From Thaumarchaeota archaeon SCGC AAA007-O23 (GTDB lineage: Archaea > Thermoproteota > Nitrososphaeria > Nitrososphaerales > Nitrosopumilaceae): DNA of 64,000 nt. The stretch lies in the NCBI GenBank assembly GCA_000402075.1, contig ARWO01000032.1:78884-142883 (forward strand), read 5' to 3'. This document shows positions 38,802 to 47,556 of this stretch, one piece after another. The translations under genes were made by a program, and so were the position numbers. The first letter of the stretch is position 1. Each line of letters begins with the position of its first letter. The notes below the pieces were generated by a model. That model was not told the DNA's origin. It saw only the letters and a program-made list of their open reading frames with translations, and ran no database searches.

Positions 38802-39800
38802 ATGGCAAAGACCTGGAAAGATTCTGATATTAATCTAGACCCAATCAAAGATCAAACAATTGCAATCATTGGATATGGTATACAGGGCGATGCACAAGCA
38901 AATAATCTCAAAGATTCTGGTCTCAAAGTCATAATTGGACTTAAGGAAGGTGGATCTAGTTGGAACAAAGCGAATAATGATGGACATGAAGTAATGTCCG
39001 TATCTGAAGCTTGCAAAAAAGCTGACATTATTCATGTGTTGATTCCTGACATGGTTCAGTCAAAAGTTTACAAGGATGAGATAGAACCAAATCTTTCCGA
39101 GGGAAAGGCATTGGCGTTTTCACATGCAGCAGCAATTTACTGGGGATGGATCAAGGCACCTGATAATATTGATGTTATCATGGTTGCACCGAAAGGTCCA
39201 GGCTCTAAGGTAAGAGAAACATATCTTGATGGATTTGGAACACCTTCAATTGTTGCAGTTGAACAAGACAAGACTGGAACAGCTTGGGATAGAACACTTG
39301 GGATTGCCAAAGGAATTGGAAGTGCACGTGCTGGCTTGATTAAAACTACATTCAAAGAAGAAGTTGAGACTGACTGGTTTGGTGAACAAGCTGATCTTTG
39401 TGGCGGATCTGCATCTATGGTTGTTAATGCATTTGAGACATTGGTTGAAGCTGGCTATCAACCAGAAATTGCATATTTTGAAGTTTTACATGAATTAAAA
39501 CTGATTGTTGACATGATTCAGAAATATGGAATCAACGGAATGTGGAGACGCGTAAGCGAAACTGCAAGATATGGTGGTCTTACTCGTGGTCCAATGGTTA
39601 TGAATAAGCAGACCAAGGAAGAAATGAAAAAAGTTCTGCAGGAAATACAGGATGGAACATTTAACAAAGAATGGTTAAGTGAGTATGAAAAAAGTGGCAA
39701 AAATGCGTTTGACAAATACATGAAACAATTAGATTCACATCAAATAGAGCAGGTTGGAAAACAGATGCGAAAAATGATGTGGCCTGATTCTACTGAATGA
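38802..39800 (+). CDS. ilvC: ketol-acid reductoisomerase
   Basis: IIGYGIQGDAQANNLKDSG NADP motif, class I length (332 aa), and EQADLCGG-like signature. Confidence 0.95.
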   Translation: MAKTWKDSDINLDPIKDQTIAIIGYGIQGDAQANNLKDSGLKVIIGLKEGGSSWNKANNDGHEVMSVSEACKKADIIHVLIPDMVQSKVYKDEIEPNLSEGKALAFSHAAAIYWGWIKAPDNIDVIMVAPKGPGSKVRETYLDGFGTPSIVAVEQDKTGTAWDRTLGIAKGIGSARAGLIKTTFKEEVETDWFGEQADLCGGSASMVVNAFETLVEAGYQPEIAYFEVLHELKLIVDMIQKYGINGMWRRVSETARYGGLTRGPMVMNKQTKEEMKKVLQEIQDGTFNKEWLSEYEKSGKNAFDKYMKQLDSHQIEQVGKQMRKMMWPDSTE

Positions 39801-40223
39801 TTATAATTTTCTTAATTTTGATACGCCATTTCTAATATGATTAGTTATGTCATCAAGTGATGTTCCCGGTCCAAAGTTTCCACTAACACCAGATTTCTCA
39901 AGTATTTTTTTATCCTCCTCTGGAATTGTTCCGCCTCCTACAACAAGTACGTCATTAATTCCCTTCTTCTTTAATTCCTTAACAACTCTGGGAAATAATG
40001 TTCCATGTGCTCCGTTCAAAAGACTAAGTGCAACTGCGTCCACATCCTCATCCTCAGCAATTTGTGCTACTCTGTTCGGTGTGGCAAACAAGCCAGAGTA
40101 AATTACTTCCATTCCAGCATCCCTGAACCCACGGCATAGTACTAGCGCACCTCTGTCATGACCATCCAAGCCCAGTTTTGCAACAAGGATCTTAATCTTA
40201 CGAGACGCAGTTTTCTGCTTCAT
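39801..40223 (-). CDS. methylmalonyl-CoA mutase small subunit (B12-binding domain)
   Basis: 140 aa. Cobalamin-binding signature LGLDGHDRGALV and a GG..P glycine-rich loop VVGGGTIP. Confidence 0.9.
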   Translation of the reverse strand: MKQKTASRKIKILVAKLGLDGHDRGALVLCRGFRDAGMEVIYSGLFATPNRVAQIAEDEDVDAVALSLLNGAHGTLFPRVVKELKKKGINDVLVVGGGTIPEEDKKILEKSGVSGNFGPGTSLDDITNHIRNGVSKLRKL

Positions 40224-40291
40224 ATTATAATATACTCATGTTTCCCTTAAAATCTTTTGAATCTGAATAAACTTACATAACGTTTCAAATT

Positions 40292-42799
40292 ATGCACGGT
40301 ATGGCAGGCGTAATCCCAATCAACTATGAGCTTGTGTTTGAACCATTATTTCATAATTTCAAGTTTAACGGCGAGGAAATTATTACTCTCAATTTATCAA
40401 AACCGACTAATTTAATCATACTAGACGCTGCAGAACTCAGCATAAAAGAATCTCATATAACACAAGGAAGGAAAATCATCCCTACAAAATCATCTCTAAA
40501 TAAAAAAAATGAAAAACTGACAATTAAACTTGCAAAGAAAATAAAAGGGAAAGCAAAACTTTCCATCAAGTTTACTGGAACCTTGAATGATAGACTTTTA
40601 GGATTTTACAGAAGCCAGTACAAGGATAGAAAGGGGAAAACAAAGTATCTTGCAACAACACAGTTTGAGGCGGCTGATGCTAGGAGGGCATTTCCCTGCT
40701 GGGATGAACCAGCTGTCAAGGCAACATTTGATGTATCTCTTTTAGTCGATAAGCACTTGGATGCAATCTCAAACATGCCAGTTGCATCTAAGAGAAATGT
40801 TGATTCAAAAATCCTGTACAAGTTTGGGCAAACTCCAGTAATGTCAACGTATCTTTTGTATCTTGGTGTAGGTGAGTTTGAATATTTACATGGAAAGTTA
40901 CGAAATATCAAGATAAGAATTGTTACCACAAAAGGCAATAAGAATAAGGGTAAACTTTCACTAGACTTCACTAAGAAGTTTCTCAGTGAGTATGAAAAAT
41001 ATTTTGGAATAAAGTATCCACTTCCAAAACTTGACATGATAGCTATACCTGATTTTGCTGCTGGTGCAATGGAGAATTGGGGTGCAATTACATTCAGAGA
41101 GGCTATTTTACTTTATGATCCAAAGACATCTTCAACTAGGACAAAGCAGTACATTGCGGAAGTAATATCTCATGAGATAGCTCATCAATGGTTTGGCAAT
41201 CTTGTTACGATGAAATGGTGGAATGATCTTTGGCTGAATGAAAGCTTTGCAACATTCATGGCAACAAAAATCGTGGATAAGTTTTATCCAGAGTGGGATC
41301 TTTGGGACCAGTTTTTAGATGATGCAATGTTACAAGCTATGAGTCTTGACGCATTAAAAAATTCTCACCCAATAAATGTGGACGTAAAACACCCAGCACA
41401 AATTAGAGAAATCTTTGACGCAATCAGCTACGATAAGGGTGGGAGTGTTTTACGTATGTTGGAGAATTATGTTGGAACAGATAACTTTCGTAAAGGACTG
41501 AAACATTATCTTACTAAACATAGATATTCAAATGCAGAAGGACAGGATTTATGGAATTCAATTGGGAAAATTGCACACAAACCTGTTGACTCTATGATGA
41601 AAACATGGATTGATCAGGTTGGGTATCCAGTTGTGAATGTTAAACGAAATAATTCAAAAATATCATTAACACAGAAACGCTTCTTATCTGATGGGAGTAG
41701 AGTTTCTAAAAATAAATGGGCAATTCCAATACAGATTGAAGAGGGAAATCACGAAAACTCAATCTTAATGAAATCACACTCTAGCAGTGTATCTCTGAAA
41801 AACAGAGATTCAGATTTTATAATTAATTCAGGTCGCTATGGATTTTATAGAGTTCAATATGATGATCACAGTTTAGCGCATCTATCATTATTGATTGATG
41901 AAAAAATATTGAATCATGTTGATAGATGGAGTTTACAGAATGATTTGTTTTCACAGTGTATATCAGGTACAAAACAACTTCAGGAATATCTTGATTTTAC
42001 AACATCATATCACGATGAGGATGATTATATCACTCTGCTGAATTTAGCGCAAAATCTTTACTATCTATACAAACTAACCACTAAAGAAAAATTCTCTGAT
42101 GAAATCCGTACCTATACTGCACAATTTTTGGGAACAATATTTGACCGTCTTGATTGGGATTCCAAAAAAAATGAGAGACATACTGATTCATTGTTACGTA
42201 GTTTTGTGATAACCGCACTTGGTAAACTTGGTGATAAGGAAATACTCAGCGAAGCAAACAAGCGTTTTAATAAATTTCTTAAAAATAAAAATTCTCTTGC
42301 CGCTGATCTACAGGAACCAGTTTTTGTATTAGCAGCATGGCAAGGAGATAAAAAAACTTACAATAGACTTTTGTCGCTTTACAGAAAGTCTACTTTACAA
42401 GAAGAAAAGATTAGATTTCTTATGGCGATGTGTAATTTTAAGCAAAAAAATTTACTGCTTAAAACACTAGCCCTTTCCCTAACCCCAGAAGTACGTTCTC
42501 AAAACATCCGTGCTCCAATTATGGGTGTATCAGCTAATATTTACGGCAAGGATGTTCTTTGGCCATGGCTTAAGAATCATTGGAAAGAATTAGTTAGAAA
42601 GTTTGGGGTTGGTAATCCACTTGCGAATAGAATTGTTGCTAGCGTTGGTGGTGTAATTGATGATAAACAGGAAAGAGATGTACGTAACTTTTTCAAAAGA
42701 AACCCCTTACCTGGAACAGAACGTGTTATAGAACAAACATTGGAAAGAGTTAGAATTAGATCAAAGTTTTTGTGGCGTATCAAAGCAGAATTTGGATGA
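40292..42799 (+). CDS. M1-family aminopeptidase (tricorn-interacting-factor F2/F3-like)
   Basis: GAMENWG exopeptidase motif and HEIAHQWFGNLVTMKWWNDLWLNESFA (HExxH-x18-E). Confidence 0.9.
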   Translation: MHGMAGVIPINYELVFEPLFHNFKFNGEEIITLNLSKPTNLIILDAAELSIKESHITQGRKIIPTKSSLNKKNEKLTIKLAKKIKGKAKLSIKFTGTLNDRLLGFYRSQYKDRKGKTKYLATTQFEAADARRAFPCWDEPAVKATFDVSLLVDKHLDAISNMPVASKRNVDSKILYKFGQTPVMSTYLLYLGVGEFEYLHGKLRNIKIRIVTTKGNKNKGKLSLDFTKKFLSEYEKYFGIKYPLPKLDMIAIPDFAAGAMENWGAITFREAILLYDPKTSSTRTKQYIAEVISHEIAHQWFGNLVTMKWWNDLWLNESFATFMATKIVDKFYPEWDLWDQFLDDAMLQAMSLDALKNSHPINVDVKHPAQIREIFDAISYDKGGSVLRMLENYVGTDNFRKGLKHYLTKHRYSNAEGQDLWNSIGKIAHKPVDSMMKTWIDQVGYPVVNVKRNNSKISLTQKRFLSDGSRVSKNKWAIPIQIEEGNHENSILMKSHSSSVSLKNRDSDFIINSGRYGFYRVQYDDHSLAHLSLLIDEKILNHVDRWSLQNDLFSQCISGTKQLQEYLDFTTSYHDEDDYITLLNLAQNLYYLYKLTTKEKFSDEIRTYTAQFLGTIFDRLDWDSKKNERHTDSLLRSFVITALGKLGDKEILSEANKRFNKFLKNKNSLAADLQEPVFVLAAWQGDKKTYNRLLSLYRKSTLQEEKIRFLMAMCNFKQKNLLLKTLALSLTPEVRSQNIRAPIMGVSANIYGKDVLWPWLKNHWKELVRKFGVGNPLANRIVASVGGVIDDKQERDVRNFFKRNPLPGTERVIEQTLERVRIRSKFLWRIKAEFG

Positions 42800-43209
42800 G
42801 AATGAATAGGAAAATTATTGCGGTTGCGTCAATAATCGCAATTACAGCTATAGTGATATCAGTCACATCTGATTCAGCATTAGATGAATCTACAATATCT
42901 CAGATAATTTTTGTTGATGCAGTGTATGATCCACAAAATAAGATTGTTAGAATTACGTACAATGATAATTCTGAAATGACAAACCTAATCACTCTTGAGG
43001 TTTTGGGCATGGAAAAAACATTTCACAAGGAATTTTCACAGAGCTCGTTTGTAGAAACCGTCAAAATTGATTCCAAGCCAAAGTATGGATGGTCAACTAC
43101 CCCAGTTGTGTTTTCTATAAATCATGATCAATTTGGAAAGATTGGATTAAAAACCGAAATTTATGAGCAGGGTGAGTTAAAACCTAGGATAATTTATAGC
43201 AAAATCTAG
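42796..43209 (+). CDS. hypothetical membrane-anchored protein
   Basis: N-terminal TM helix IIAVASIIAITAIVISV. The ATG overlaps the aminopeptidase stop (ATGA). The track ORF opens at 42772 inside the upstream gene. Confidence 0.5.
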   Translation: MRMNRKIIAVASIIAITAIVISVTSDSALDESTISQIIFVDAVYDPQNKIVRITYNDNSEMTNLITLEVLGMEKTFHKEFSQSSFVETVKIDSKPKYGWSTTPVVFSINHDQFGKIGLKTEIYEQGELKPRIIYSKI

Positions 43210-43398
43210 CAACCAGCAGATCTATATACGATAATTAACTAAATTTTCCAGATGGCACATGATCTTGATCAATGGTGGAAAGGTCTTGGAGAAGGCCTTG
43301 AAGATGACATTGAAGCAAATTCCTGAGTGTATATCATTAGTACAACCTAAAGGTCAAAGATAACCAATATTTATCGCAGAAACAAAAGATAATTACAC

Positions 43399-44316
43399 TT
43401 GGACATTACTTCTGATTTGAAAAAAGCAAAGCGTGGAGCAATAGCAAAGGCAATTTCAATTTTTGAAAACGACGAAAAAGAATCAAGAAAATTAATTAAA
43501 AAAATATTCAAGACTTCTGGCAAGTCTGTAGTTATAGGCATAACAGGACCAGCGGGAGCAGGAAAGTCATCACTGATAGATAAAACTTCAATTAAATTGA
43601 AGAAGTTTGGCTTGAAGCCAGCAGTTTTGGCAATAGATCCAACAAGTCACATATCAGGCGGTGCAATACTTGGTGATAGAGTACGGATGACAGAATCAAC
43701 AGATTCTGGAATGTATATCAGAAGCATAGCATCAAGAGGTGCCACTGGTGCAGTTTCAAGATCCATACGAAACAGTATACGTGTACTCGAATATGCTGGA
43801 TTTGATCCCATAATCATCGAAAGTGTTGGAGCAGGACAGACAGAAATAGAAATTTCCAACATAGCTGACATTACAGTGGTCGTATTCAACCCACATACAG
43901 GAGATAGCATTCAAACAATAAAAGCAGGAATTACTGAAATTGGTGACATTTACCTTGTGCATAAAAGTGATCTTGAAGGAGCATCACAATTGTTTCAATC
44001 TGTTCAAGACTTTATTGGAACAGTAGAACAAAATCCACTGATTCTTAAAGTATCGTCAAAGACGGAAAAGGGAATTTCTGAATTTCTAACAGAATTAAAA
44101 AAACTCATAACAAAAAGAAGGAAGGAAAAGAAATTATCAGAAAAGCAAAGGCTTTCCAAAGAACTTGATGATATCATCTTAAATAATATTAATCAAAAAG
44201 TTGCAACAATGCTGCAATCAAGCAAGTCATACTCAGGATATCTTAAAAAAGTGCAAGACAAAAAAATGGATCCATTTGAAGCTGCTGACAAGATATCTAA
44301 TAGCATAATAAAGTGA
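43399..44316 (+). CDS. meaB: methylmalonyl-CoA mutase-associated GTPase MeaB/ArgK
   Basis: P-loop GITGPAGAGKSSL, IESVGAGQ and HKSDL. TTG start. Confidence 0.85.
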   Translation: MDITSDLKKAKRGAIAKAISIFENDEKESRKLIKKIFKTSGKSVVIGITGPAGAGKSSLIDKTSIKLKKFGLKPAVLAIDPTSHISGGAILGDRVRMTESTDSGMYIRSIASRGATGAVSRSIRNSIRVLEYAGFDPIIIESVGAGQTEIEISNIADITVVVFNPHTGDSIQTIKAGITEIGDIYLVHKSDLEGASQLFQSVQDFIGTVEQNPLILKVSSKTEKGISEFLTELKKLITKRRKEKKLSEKQRLSKELDDIILNNINQKVATMLQSSKSYSGYLKKVQDKKMDPFEAADKISNSIIK

Positions 44317-44320
44317 TTAT

Positions 44321-45904
44321 ATGACAAAGGACAAGACAAAAACTAAGGAATTTGTAACTGATTCTAACATACCAGTTAAACCAATTTACAACCAATCAAA
44401 AAATTCAAAGGAGAGCCCTGGGAAATATCCATTTACACGAGGAATTCATTCTGGAATGTATCGTGACAGACTTTGGACAATGCGTCAATATTCTGGCTTT
44501 GGGGATGCTGCACAGTCAAACAAGCGTTACAAATTCATGCTGGATAGTGGTCAGACTGGACTTTCAATGGCATTTGATTTACCTACGCAAATTGGACATG
44601 ATCCAGATTCATCACATGCTGAAGGTGAGGTTGGTAAAGTTGGCGTATCAATCGCATCGCTAAAAGACATGCAAACTGCATTCAACGGAATTAATCTAGG
44701 AAAGGCTTCAACCTCTATGACAATTAATGCAACTGCATCAACACTTCTAGCATACTATATTGCTGTGGGAAAGTCACAAGGAATTTCAAGTAAGGAACTT
44801 AGGGGTACAACTCAAAATGATATATTGAAAGAGTATGTTGCTCGGAATACCTACATCTACCCTCCACAACCATCTATGAGGATAATAGGTGATATGATTG
44901 GTTATTGTGCAAAAAATGTACCACAATGGTATCCAATTTCAATTTCAGGTTATCACATGCGTGAAGCAGGTTCAACTGCAGTACAGGAAATTGCATTTAC
45001 AATCGCAAATGGAATTGAATACATTCAAACATGTATAGACCGTGGATTGAAAATTGATGACTTTGCACCAAGGCTTTCATTTTTCTTTTGTTGTACGATA
45101 GAATTTTTTGAAGAAGTTGCAAAGTTTAGAACTGCAAGAAAAATATACGCAAAAATTCTAAAGGAAAGATTTCATGCAAAAAATCCTAAATCTTTACAGC
45201 TTAGATTTCATACTCAGACAAGTGGCGAATCATTAACAGCACAGCAGCCTGACAATAACATCGTTCGTGTGGCAGTACAAGCAATGGCTGCAGTTCTTGG
45301 TGGAACACAATCACTCCATACAAATTCAAGAGATGAAGCATTAGCACTACCTTCACAAGAGGCGGCAAAGATTGCATTACGGACACAGCAGATTATTGGA
45401 TATGAGAGTGGGATAACAAAGACTGTTGATCCAATGGCTGGTTCATATTACATGGAATCACTTTGTGATGAAATTGAAGAACAAGTATGGGATTATCTCA
45501 AAAAAATTGATAAGATGGGTGGTGCACTTAAGGCAATTGAGAAGGGATATTTCCAATCAGAAATTAGACAAAACGCGTATCGACTCAAGAAAGAAGTAGA
45601 TAATGATCAACGTATACTAGTGGGTGTCAACAAATTTACTGAAAAATCTGAAAAGAAACAGAACCTCCTTCGAATAGACGATTCACTAGGAAAAAAACAG
45701 GAAAAAGCAATAAAACAACTTAGAAATTCACGTGATAATAAAAAAACAGAATACGCTTTATCAAAAATGCAGAAAGCTGCTGAAACTGACAAAAACTTGA
45801 TGCCATTTATTTTAGATGCTGTGCTGACATATGCTACAACCGGTGAGATTAGTAATACACTCAGAGAAGTTTTTGGTGTATATAGACCAAAGGAGGTATT
45901 CTAA
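44321..45904 (+). CDS. methylmalonyl-CoA mutase large subunit (catalytic TIM-barrel domain)
   Basis: 527 aa. RQYSGFG, TQNDILKEY, HTQTSG and SLHTNS motifs of MCM catalytic domains. Confidence 0.9.
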   Translation: MTKDKTKTKEFVTDSNIPVKPIYNQSKNSKESPGKYPFTRGIHSGMYRDRLWTMRQYSGFGDAAQSNKRYKFMLDSGQTGLSMAFDLPTQIGHDPDSSHAEGEVGKVGVSIASLKDMQTAFNGINLGKASTSMTINATASTLLAYYIAVGKSQGISSKELRGTTQNDILKEYVARNTYIYPPQPSMRIIGDMIGYCAKNVPQWYPISISGYHMREAGSTAVQEIAFTIANGIEYIQTCIDRGLKIDDFAPRLSFFFCCTIEFFEEVAKFRTARKIYAKILKERFHAKNPKSLQLRFHTQTSGESLTAQQPDNNIVRVAVQAMAAVLGGTQSLHTNSRDEALALPSQEAAKIALRTQQIIGYESGITKTVDPMAGSYYMESLCDEIEEQVWDYLKKIDKMGGALKAIEKGYFQSEIRQNAYRLKKEVDNDQRILVGVNKFTEKSEKKQNLLRIDDSLGKKQEKAIKQLRNSRDNKKTEYALSKMQKAAETDKNLMPFILDAVLTYATTGEISNTLREVFGVYRPKEVF

Positions 45905-46296
45905 TGAAAATAAATCATGTTGCTATTGCAGTAGAAAATGTTGAGGATGCAGTTAAGACCTACCAAGATGCGCTTGATATCAAAAGTGTTGAATTTGAAA
46001 CTGTAGAATCTGAGGGTGTTAAAGTTGCAATACTTCATTTAGAAAATGCAAACATAGAACTTATGGAACCTACAAATGACTCAAGTCCTATAAGGAAGTT
46101 TTTAGAAAAACGTGGAAGTGGGTTACATCATATAGCTCTTGAAACTCCAAATATTGAAGGCGAGGTTTCGAGGATGGAAGGGTGTGGTATACAATTCTTG
46201 GGAAAAATTAGAGACGGTTCAGCTGGAACTAAAGTAACATTCATTCATCCGAAATCTCTGAATGGTGTTTTAACAGAGCTCTGTTCTAATGGATAG
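45904..46296 (+). CDS. mce: methylmalonyl-CoA epimerase (VOC/glyoxalase fold)
   Basis: 130 aa. INHVAIAV ... IELMEP ... GLHHIAL ... FIHPK. Start overlaps the MCM stop (TAATG). Confidence 0.85.
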   Translation: MKINHVAIAVENVEDAVKTYQDALDIKSVEFETVESEGVKVAILHLENANIELMEPTNDSSPIRKFLEKRGSGLHHIALETPNIEGEVSRMEGCGIQFLGKIRDGSAGTKVTFIHPKSLNGVLTELCSNG

Positions 46297-46534
46297 CTGT
46301 GGTAGGAGTACAGAATATCGTCACGGAAAGACATATGATGAATGTAAACAATTAGCCGAGGATTTTACTACTCAACTAAAGCCAAAAATCGGTGAAGATG
46401 GTAAGCTAGCATGGTCAGTCTTATTGGAAACTGTAAATCATGATGAATTGGTATACAAGCTTACCCTCAAATATCTTAGACGAGATGGATATGATATAGG
46501 AAATAGAGAAAATCCGGAAATTAAAAAACTCTGA
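46289..46534 (+). CDS. hypothetical protein co-transcribed with the MCM/epimerase genes
   Basis: 81-aa ORF overlapping the epimerase stop by 8 nt. No motif recognised. Confidence 0.5.
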   Translation: MDSCGRSTEYRHGKTYDECKQLAEDFTTQLKPKIGEDGKLAWSVLLETVNHDELVYKLTLKYLRRDGYDIGNRENPEIKKL

Positions 46535-46535
46535 C

Positions 46536-47072
46536 TCACATCATTTTTAGCAAATCAGACGAGGTAATTATTCCTATAATTTTGGAATTTTTTTCTACAA
46601 GAACACAACCAGAAATTCTAGTTAATTGTGATAGTGCATTTGCAGGGAATTCAAAATCAATTACAGGTGGCTTTGGGTTCATCACATTTTTAATTTTAGT
46701 GTCCTTACGCTCTGTGTATTCATTAACAATATCAATAGTAACTAATCCCTTTAGTTCACCTTCATCAAAAACTGGTATCTGATCAATTGTTTTTTCATGC
46801 ATTTTTTTTCCTGCTTCACGGATGGTGTTACTAGGTACTAGTCTAACTATTTTTTCACTACAGATATCACCTGCTTTACGCGTTGATGTTTGGCCTTCAA
46901 GTTTTGCTAAACTTTCAAAAATTTTCTTTGCAGTGTTGTATGATGGCTTGCATCTCCCTGATTCTATTTGGTTTATCATGGACGTGCTAACACCAGTCAT
47001 AATAGCCAACTTTTTTTGCGTCATGTTCAGCTTTTTTCTTTCTTCCTTTATCGTTTCCAGGCTTGGTAGCAT
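46536..47072 (-). CDS. XRE-type HTH plus CBS-pair regulator
   Basis: HTH segment LNMTQKKLAIMTGVSTSMINQIESG, then two CBS motifs. Confidence 0.8.
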   Translation of the reverse strand: MLPSLETIKEERKKLNMTQKKLAIMTGVSTSMINQIESGRCKPSYNTAKKIFESLAKLEGQTSTRKAGDICSEKIVRLVPSNTIREAGKKMHEKTIDQIPVFDEGELKGLVTIDIVNEYTERKDTKIKNVMNPKPPVIDFEFPANALSQLTRISGCVLVEKNSKIIGIITSSDLLKMM

Positions 47073-47122
47073 AATTATCTACTAAACTTTCATTATAAAA
47101 ATTTTAGTATTACTTAACAGCA

Positions 47123-47545
47123 TTATTTTTTTGATTTTTTAGTTTTCTTTTGTTCAATAACAGCTTGTGCGGCTGCAAGTATTGCAGTGGGAATTCTGTA
47201 TGGTGATGCACTGACATATGAGACATCTGCGGCATGACAGAATTTGACTGAGTTTGGATCTCCTCCATGTTCGCCACAGATTCCAATTTCCAGATTTTTT
47301 TGTACTGATCTTCCACGTTCTATTCCAATTTTCATGAGATCTCCAACACCATTTTCATCAATAGATTGGAATGGGCTTATCTCTACCAGACCTTTATCCA
47401 TATAATCACCAAGGAATTTTCCTTCTACATCCTCTCTGCTGAAGCTAAACACACCTTGTGTCAAATCATTTGTTCCAAAACTGAAGAATTCTGCGGTGTA
47501 AGCTAATTCATCTGATGTCAGACATGCACGAACAACTTCCAACAT
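47123..47545 (-). CDS. ppdK: pyruvate, phosphate dikinase, C-terminal fragment (frameshifted continuation)
   Basis: 140 aa. FFSFGTNDLTQ and ICGEHGGDP (catalytic Cys region). This frame stays open upstream as KKYRIKFKINFGTMLEV, so it overlaps the end of the N-terminal frame. Confidence 0.9.
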   Translation of the reverse strand: MLEVVRACLTSDELAYTAEFFSFGTNDLTQGVFSFSREDVEGKFLGDYMDKGLVEISPFQSIDENGVGDLMKIGIERGRSVQKNLEIGICGEHGGDPNSVKFCHAADVSYVSASPYRIPTAILAAAQAVIEQKKTKKSKK

Positions 47546-47556
47546 TGTTCCAAAAT

